Part shown: in pieces, positions 53,037 to 60,000 of the stretch
Layout of the letters: each line of letters starts with the position of its first letter
Numbering within the stretch: the stretch's first letter is position 1
NCBI RefSeq assembly: GCF_037042905.1
Contig: NC_087251.1
Location: 46,502,001 to 46,562,000, forward strand
From: Lytechinus pictus
Lineage: Eukaryota
Direction of reading: 5' to 3'
Length of the DNA stretch: 60,000 nt
Program-made: the position numbers and the translations under genes
Notes under the pieces: model-generated
Databases searched by the model: none
What the model saw: the letters and a program-made list of their open reading frames with translations, nothing else
What the model was told of the DNA's origin: nothing

Positions 53037-56000
53037 AATGTATGTATTTTAATATCTGAAAGGGGTAGAGATTGAGGTCTGGAATGGGATTCATAACCTT
53101 TACCATTCCAATCTATATTAATGGAGCCCTTTTTTAGGTCTGACTGACAACTTGTGTGATTGCTAGAGTGTTAAACCAAAGCAATGTCATGGCCCATCGC
53201 AGTCTTGACTCGCAACTGATCATCCTCAGAAAAAATAAACAACAGAAGATGGAAAACGTTACAGTCACAATAACGAAACGAAGACTCCAAATCAGTGTTG
53301 AAATTACTTTTTATTTTAAGGGAGCCATTTTTGAAAAAAAATTGAGAGCCACTTTTCATTTTACCAGAGCCATTTCAGTTTTTGAGAGCCATTCTTTTTT
53401 TCATGATTCAACGCATAGTTTAGCATCACAGTTTGTCCTGCTTGTTTACAAATTAATTTTATGTTTAACATTGCTTATATAATTGACATTTATTTTTTCT
53501 TCATTTTTATTAATTGTTAAATGATCATTTAGTTTGTGGCTGTTCATTTAATGTTGTTTGCATCTCATGTATTAAATCAACTGGACGTTCTTTTACATCC
53601 TTTTCAATCAAATCCAATGGGATGAAGTTGATCAAATTTGACCAGAATTTGTACTCAGAGAAAAACAAAGTGTTATTATGAATGGCATATCGTTGGTTGG
53701 TTTGGAGCCAGTTTGTTTTGTGTGACTGAGGCTTGATCATCAAGAGGAATGGCAGGGGGGGGGGGAGACAAATGTAATCATCCATTTGAGGTCTTGTATG
53801 TACACATATCTTGTCAGATACAATATTTAGTGGTTAAGCTATGTCCAGTCACACCAAAGAAGCAGACTTCACACCGACAGATGGCATGTCAATGTGGTCG
53901 GTCTCGAGATTCTTTCGACGGTGTGAGAACCGGTCTTCAAGAAAGAGGTGAGGGCGGGGGGGGGGGGGAAGGGGAGAAGAGATAGACATGCTGCATAGTT
54001 CCTTGTTACAGGATTGCATGAAATGTGTATCGGCAAGTGCAATCGAAAGTTGAGGAAAATCTTGATTAAAGAAAAGTGTTTGGTAGTGGCAAACATATCA
54101 TGCCTCAAATTTAATTCAATCAATTTTTTTTTGTCAACTGGAGTGAAGGTGACTACTGTCCCAATTGCTCATGGCCACGAACATAAATTAATGGTCTAGA
54201 TATCTGATTCTTTGATTGACTCTTCTGCAAATCACCATATACATTACAGGTCCTGCTTTTCAAGAGATATCCTCGACTATCTTTAAGAACAGTTCATAAA
54301 GAATTCACCCCGCCCAAAAGAGAGGGGGGGGGGGTCGAGGGTAATATAAGCATTGGATTCAATATATCAAAATCCAAATTCATCATGACACAGTTTGAAC
54401 TCTACTCTTCATTTAAACACGTTTTTACCTTTTTTTTTTAAAATGCTGAGAAATATTCTGCAAATGAAAAAAAAAGGATGAGACAGTTGACAAAATATAG
54501 AAAATTACTTTTACATGAGAACATCTCAAATTTACCATAAATAAAAAATGGATTATGAAAAAGAATATGCAGCTGTCTTAAAATGGAACACCAAGTCATC
54601 TGCCTGACCTGTTTACAATATTTCCAAAGGCCATGAGATCACTCTCTACATCCTATTTACCTCCTCTTCCTTCTCCGCCTCATCATCTTTATTTCTCGGA
54701 ATAAATTCCATCTCGTTTCCAGCCCCTCACCAATCTCAGCATGGATGGTTTGGAGGAAATTACCGGAGGATACGAGCGATGATCAAATCTTTTCAGCGGT
54801 TACTTTTAAAGAAAGCGTTAAAACATCTCGATCGGTATACAGGAAATGAGGATTTTGAACTAAGATACATTAATAGAGGCCTACTCCTCCTCATCTCTTT
54901 CTTTCTTTCTCTCTCTCTCACCATCTATATCCATTCCCCTCTCTTTTTTCACTCACTCTCTCTCTCTCTCTCTCTCTCTCTCCCACCCCAATCCCTCCTT
55001 TTCTGTCAAGTCCCTCAAAATAGAATCTCTTAATTTTTATGTTACAGCAACTTCATGGTTAACGTGTTAAAACAAGGTCCTCTGATAAACTAATTGCAGT
55101 TCTTCCAGATCGACTGTAACTCTTCCAATCAATCTTTCAAAACCAATACACACCACTATCTTTTCAAAACAAATCATATTAAAGGAGAAATATATTGATT
55201 ATGAATATGGCCTTATTATATATCAGTGGAGAGGTAATGATGTGAGGATTACCATAAGGTATTCAAAAATAACGAAAATAATACATAAGGTGGAAATCGC
55301 CAATTAAAAAGCGCTAAAATGCCTCTCCGAAATATGCCTCGCATCGGTCTCTGAATTGACTCGAATTTGATGACGTCACTGTCTGTACGAGAGGCGTGAT
55401 TGGCTCTCCCACGTCAAGCTCCACTTGCATGCAAAACCTGTTGCGAGGGTACGTTTCTCCACACTGACACTGAATACTTCGATCATGAAATGAAAGAAAA
55501 CCCAGAAGTTTATCTAGATTTGGATTTTCAAATTGATGATTATGCAGATGAAGAGAATGGTGATAAAGTTTCTAACTCTAGAAAAACAAAGTGACGTGGA
55601 TGGTGGTAAATTAAGGGAATTACGCCGGTGATGATGAGTAGGACAATTCAACTTGCAAGCCGATTCGCTACCAACGCATGCAGCTGCTAGCTGCACCGCG
55701 GGTCAAATCCATGAAAATGAATTCCATGCAGCATGACCACATCCAGACAGAGTCTCTTTCCTCTATCAACAACATAATGAGAAGGAAAATAATAAAATAA
55801 CTGTACTTACAAATAAGTGAATATATCCGAACCTAGGCTGAAGGTAAATCAACTCAAGGAATAACAGCAGACGATATGCACCGACGATGAATTTCACGTG
55901 GCTGGGAGATTGTCACTCGTTCTGTTAGATAAAATTTCTATCTCATTATTTTGACTAAATTACGAAACTCGGAGAATTAGTATTCTACATAAAAATTAAG

Positions 56001-56147
56001 TAACACCTGGTACTATATTTTTTGAATTACGATAAAATATTTTTGAAGCAAAGAAATTGAGGTAAATTAAAAAAAGATATAAAGGATCATCCACTTCGCC
56101 GCATGCGATTGTAAACAAACAATCAAAAGCACATGGCCAGCTTGCTC

Positions 56148-56181
56148 CACTGAACTGAAAATACGTCTTTTCAGTTCAGTG
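56148..56181. mobile_element. 34-bp micro-hairpin insertion with an 8-bp TSD
   Basis: GCTTGCTC|CACTGAACTGAAAA-TACGTC-TTTTCAGTTCAGTG|GCTTGCTC. Confidence 0.8.
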
Positions 56182-56192
56182 GCTTGCTCGCC

Positions 56193-56231
56193 CATAGAGT
56201 TGGATAAAGCGTAGCATTATCCAACTCTATG
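56193..56231. mobile_element. 39-bp micro-hairpin insertion with an 8-bp TSD
   Basis: TGCTCGCC|CATAGAGTTGGATAA-AGCGTAGCA-TTATCCAACTCTATG|TGCTCGCC. Confidence 0.8.
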
Positions 56232-58111
56232 TGCTCGCCGTGCTGATTGTTTACAATCGAATGCGAGCTAGGCGGATGATCTTTTATATCTAATTTTAAT
56301 TCACCTCATTTTCTTTGCTTCAAAAAGGTTTTAACGTAATTCAAAAAATATAGTACCAGGTGTTACTTAATTTTTATGTAGAATACTAATTCTCCGAGTT
56401 TCGTAATTTAGTCAAAATAATGAGATAGAAATTTTATCTAACAGAACGAGTGACAATCTCCCAGCCACGTGAAATTCATCGTCGGTGCATATCGTCTGCT
56501 GTTATTCCTTGAGTTGATTTACCTTCAGCCTAGGTTCGGATATATTCACTTGTTTGTAAGTACAGTTATATCATTATTTTCATTCTCATTATGTTGTTGA
56601 TAGAAGAAAGTGACTCTGTCTGGATGTAGTCGTGATGGAATTCATTTTCATGGATTTGACCCGCGGAGCAGCTATCAGCTGCATGTGTTGGTAGCGAATC
56701 GGCATACAAGTTGAATTGTCCGACTCATAATCACCGGCGTAATTCCCCTAATGTATACCTTTATCCACGTCACTTTGTTTTTCTAGAGCTAGAAACTTCA
56801 TCATCATTCTCTTCATCTTCATAATCATCAATTTGAAAATCCAAATCTAGATAAAATTCTGGGTTTCTTTTCATTTCGGGATCGAAGTATTCAGTGACAA
56901 TGTGGAGAAAACGTACCCACGCAACAGGTTTTGCAGGCAAGTGGAGTTTCACGTTGGAGAGCCAATCACGCCTCTCGTACAGAAAGTGACGTCATAAAAA
57001 ATCCCCAGTTTCGCGGACGTAATTCTGCGTTTGAAGCATTCAGAGAGAGAACTTTAAACTATCAATTAACTGAGTTCCATCGGTCTCCATGATAAATGAT
57101 TTACACCATCGTGTTCGCCTTATTTTCTCCTTTAATTTGATATATGATTCTCCATTTTTACGATTTTCAATATAGTTCTACTTTAATATCAAGCTCTAGC
57201 CAGATAGCATTAACAAACACAATAATTTAAGACCGACCTCATGGAGATAATCAGGAAAACATGGCATCATCTGCTCGCAACTTATATCAAGCCATCTTTA
57301 TGGTTATGAGATTTCAAAATACTGTCTCAGACACGACTCAGGATTGTTTCTTCCAGATTGCCCTTGATTTAACCCCGAACCCCATTGTCATCCTTCTTCT
57401 ACCTCTATCCCCTACTGTTCCTGTCAGTTTCGGTCTCTGATCCTAATAAGGAGACAAGACCTACACCATATACATGTACATCTTCTGTTTCACCTCCACC
57501 CTCCCCCCCCAAAAAAAAAAAAATTGGGCCAGTTCACACTTGTGACTGGAAGGACTAGAACTCAGAAATCACTCAAACCAGAAATGTTTGACTGATTTCT
57601 ATAAGATGAAATTATTTGTTTTCACACACTGGCCGAACATGTGAAACTGGAGTTGAAAATAGTTCTGCTTCTGATATTTCACAATTTCTTCCCATCTTTC
57701 AATATAATGAGGACTGCCCCTTTCGAAAGCCTCAAACTCGGATTTACCAAATACAAGATATGCTTTCCTGCTACAATTTTGGCTCCAAATTTGACCAGAT
57801 CATGTAGTACCACATGTGTACTATCAACAACCCAATTGGCCAAGGCTACCATGTAAAGCAAACGTAAGAGAATTTTTCTTTTGCAAAGAGAACTTGACAC
57901 CCCCTTTCGATGTGTCTCCGAAGTCCCCTGGAATCGACTGATGAAATCTACAAGATCTGCTCTCCTGCTGCAATCCTAAAGCTGAGTTATGAGTCTTTGT
58001 AGAAAATACCATTTGAAGACTGGTAGGCCAAGGCAACCATATAAAGCCAACTTTCTTTGCCAATAGAACTTGACACCCCCCTTTAAAAATGCCTCCCAGC
58101 TCTGGACTCAC

Positions 58112-58287
58112 CTGATGGGAGCGATGGGATCGGCTCTCCTGCTGTTTCTCTCCGCCTGGGTCATGTAGTCCCACTTGAAGACCAGATTCCAGTCAAATCC
58201 CCCCTTCAGGTCGGCAGACGCAGCCACGTAATGGAAGTTGTCCATGTTGATGACATCTATGATCGGGCTGACGACGGCGCGGTAATC
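58112..58287 (-). CDS. GALNT2: GALNT2 coding exon (176 nt): [58 protein letters not shown](R)
   Basis: Acceptor ctcccccgtccAG|GAT and donor ATCAG|GTGAGT; conserved VSPIIDVI and [11 protein letters not shown] motifs. Not captured by the ORF track. Confidence 0.95.
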
Positions 58288-58656
58288 CTGGACGGGGGAG
58301 ATTGTTTAGAGAGTGAGGGGTTTGGGAAGATCAGAACGTCTAAACTGACGGTGACACGTGAGTGTGATTGGATGATAAACAACCCCTACGTGAGTCAATT
58401 CCAATTTTCATCTGTTTGCATGTGGAGATGTATTGTCTGACCAATCTACATTACAGCTACGCATATCTCGATCCTTTCTCGAGATATCCATACAAGTTTT
58501 GCAGAGCACAATAATATGAGATTATTTGTTTCTGTCCCTTACAATTAACATCTGAATGGTGTTTCATAAAGCAGTTTGTAAGTTACAAATAACTTTACCC
58601 ATGACTGGTCATACTCTTTCTTGTGCTAAATGATATATCCCTATGTAGTTGACTTA

Positions 58657-59222
58657 GGGTGTGTTCAATGTCGATTTAAAAATTTAAACAGCAACATGAA
58701 TCATGATTGAAAACTCAATTCCAAAACACCGAACACAAACACGATCAGCGTTGCACCGTTCAGTGTCGAAAATATAAAGCCCTTTATATGTTGATCCCGC
58801 TTTCGTTAGCGCAGCTTTAGTGCTCAGTTTGACCCATCACAAGAAAGGTCAGTTCTGGCACCCGATTCTGTAGGCTTGACTGTGAGAGAAAATTTAAAGA
58901 CGTTTCAAAACGCAATTGTGTTCAATGATTGTGTAGGCTTGACTGTGAGAGAAAATTTAAAGACGTTTCATAACGCAGCTGTGTTCAATGCCGCACTCAC
59001 GATGCTCAAGGTCGTAAATTTGAGCTGATCGCATTTACAAACGCATCATTTTCGACGTTTAAATTTTCCTGCAAATCGTGATTTGAAAGACATTTACTTT
59101 TATGACCGGGAATAATGGAAATTGAACACACCCTTTGTTTCTCATCATATCTGCGTTTTTAAACAATATCTAGCACAATCCAGGTTGCTGTTTGAATTTG
59201 GAAACCAACATTGAACACACCC
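58657..59222. mobile_element. PIF/Harbinger-like MITE (566 bp) nested in a host MITE beginning at about 58558
   Basis: TIR GGGTGTGTTCAATGT / ACATTGAACACACCC; TTA TSD; internal ~64-bp tandem duplication at 58869-58990. Confidence 0.85.
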
Positions 59223-59285
59223 TTAGCATCTAAAGAACATGTTCCAATTGTGTGTAAAACCAGTGTAACTTTACAAACAGCTTAA

Positions 59286-59662
59286 AGTGATTGGTTAACA
59301 TTGATTTGACTTAAAAAAATCTGAGCTAGAAGGTCACACTTGTCACCTGTGTCTGTGATATGTTACAAAAATGAAGCCCAGAAAAAATTGCGTTCGAAAA
59401 TAATTATTTAGTGCTTCAAAAATTGAAATATAAAGTGACCGAAAACACCATCTTAATTTCATCCCATACACTTATGTGTACTATTTAGGCGTCTATTAGA
59501 CGCCTATGTACAAAATCGGGGTTTGCCTTGTAGTTTTAGCTTTTCATTCTCAATAATGGTTGTTTTCAGGGTTTATTAGTTCTAATACATGCACTTGTAC
59601 ACATGTTTCATCTTGGTTTGAGAATTTTTTTAATCGGCTGCTCACAAAGTTAAACAATACCT
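59286..59662. mobile_element. Kolobok/T2-like MITE (377 bp)
   Basis: TTAA|AGTGATTGGTTAACATTG ... CAAAGTTAAACAATACCT|TTAA. Confidence 0.75.
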
Positions 59663-60000
59663 TTAAGACCCACCTGGTGATTTAAAATAGACAGTAACAA
59701 CATTTTTCATGGAGAGGAGAGGTATACTTTTGATCAAAATTGTTCATAGACCTTCTGATTTAAAAAAAAAAAGAGAGAAATACTTATGTGACTCACTGAT
59801 GTCATTCTAATATTGAAATACATTCAATTTCATTTGTAACTTGAGATTGAAAATGCAATGTTTACATGTAGATAAGGACCTTTATCATGCTCAATGTGAG
59901 ATTCATTATATCACAAAAATGTCTTCTGCTACAGTCACAAATACCAATACGATCGCCGTACAAACGATTTTCATTCATAGAAATAAATGGTATGAAATCA

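Larger units (their letters stand above)
55370..56995. repeat. Long inverted repeat, arms about 770 bp
   Basis: Arms align base by base; 55815-56031 is the exact reverse complement of 56335-56551. Confidence 0.97.
55183..57131. mobile_element. Kolobok/T2-like non-autonomous element containing a ~1.6-kb palindrome
   Basis: TTAA|AGGAGAAA ... TTTCTCCT|TTAA; internal inverted repeat spanning 55370-56995. Confidence 0.7.

Overview
Eukaryotic, AT-rich, repeat-dense DNA. The repeat families look like those of a sea urchin (Lytechinus-like); this is an inference. The only protein-coding gene I can support is the 3' part of a minus-strand polypeptide N-acetylgalactosaminyltransferase 2 (GALNT2). Eight GT-AG exons (58287-58112, 35898-35795, 33560-33434, 32537-32445, 31149-31066, 12886-12760, 12313-12194, 11495-11334) splice in frame into 330 aa plus stop. 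They cover the C-terminal part of the catalytic domain (WGGE motif, VGHVFR) and the ricin-B lectin domain; the 5' exons lie beyond the window. The introns (up to 22.2 and 18.2 kb) hold MITEs (PIF/Harbinger-like, hAT-like, Kolobok/T2-like), tRNA-derived SINEs, an L2-type LINE fragment, minisatellites and microsatellites, often nested. The most unusual structure is a ~1.95-kb TTAA-flanked Kolobok-like element (55183-57131) built around a ~1.6-kb palindrome. It has a 217-bp perfectly matched arm tract, and its apex carries two ultra-small (34 and 39 bp) hairpin insertions, each with its own exact 8-bp target-site duplication. A 10.3-kb TTAA-flanked composite element (18302-28636) splits a host MITE. 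Nearly all ORFs in the six-frame track are spurious.
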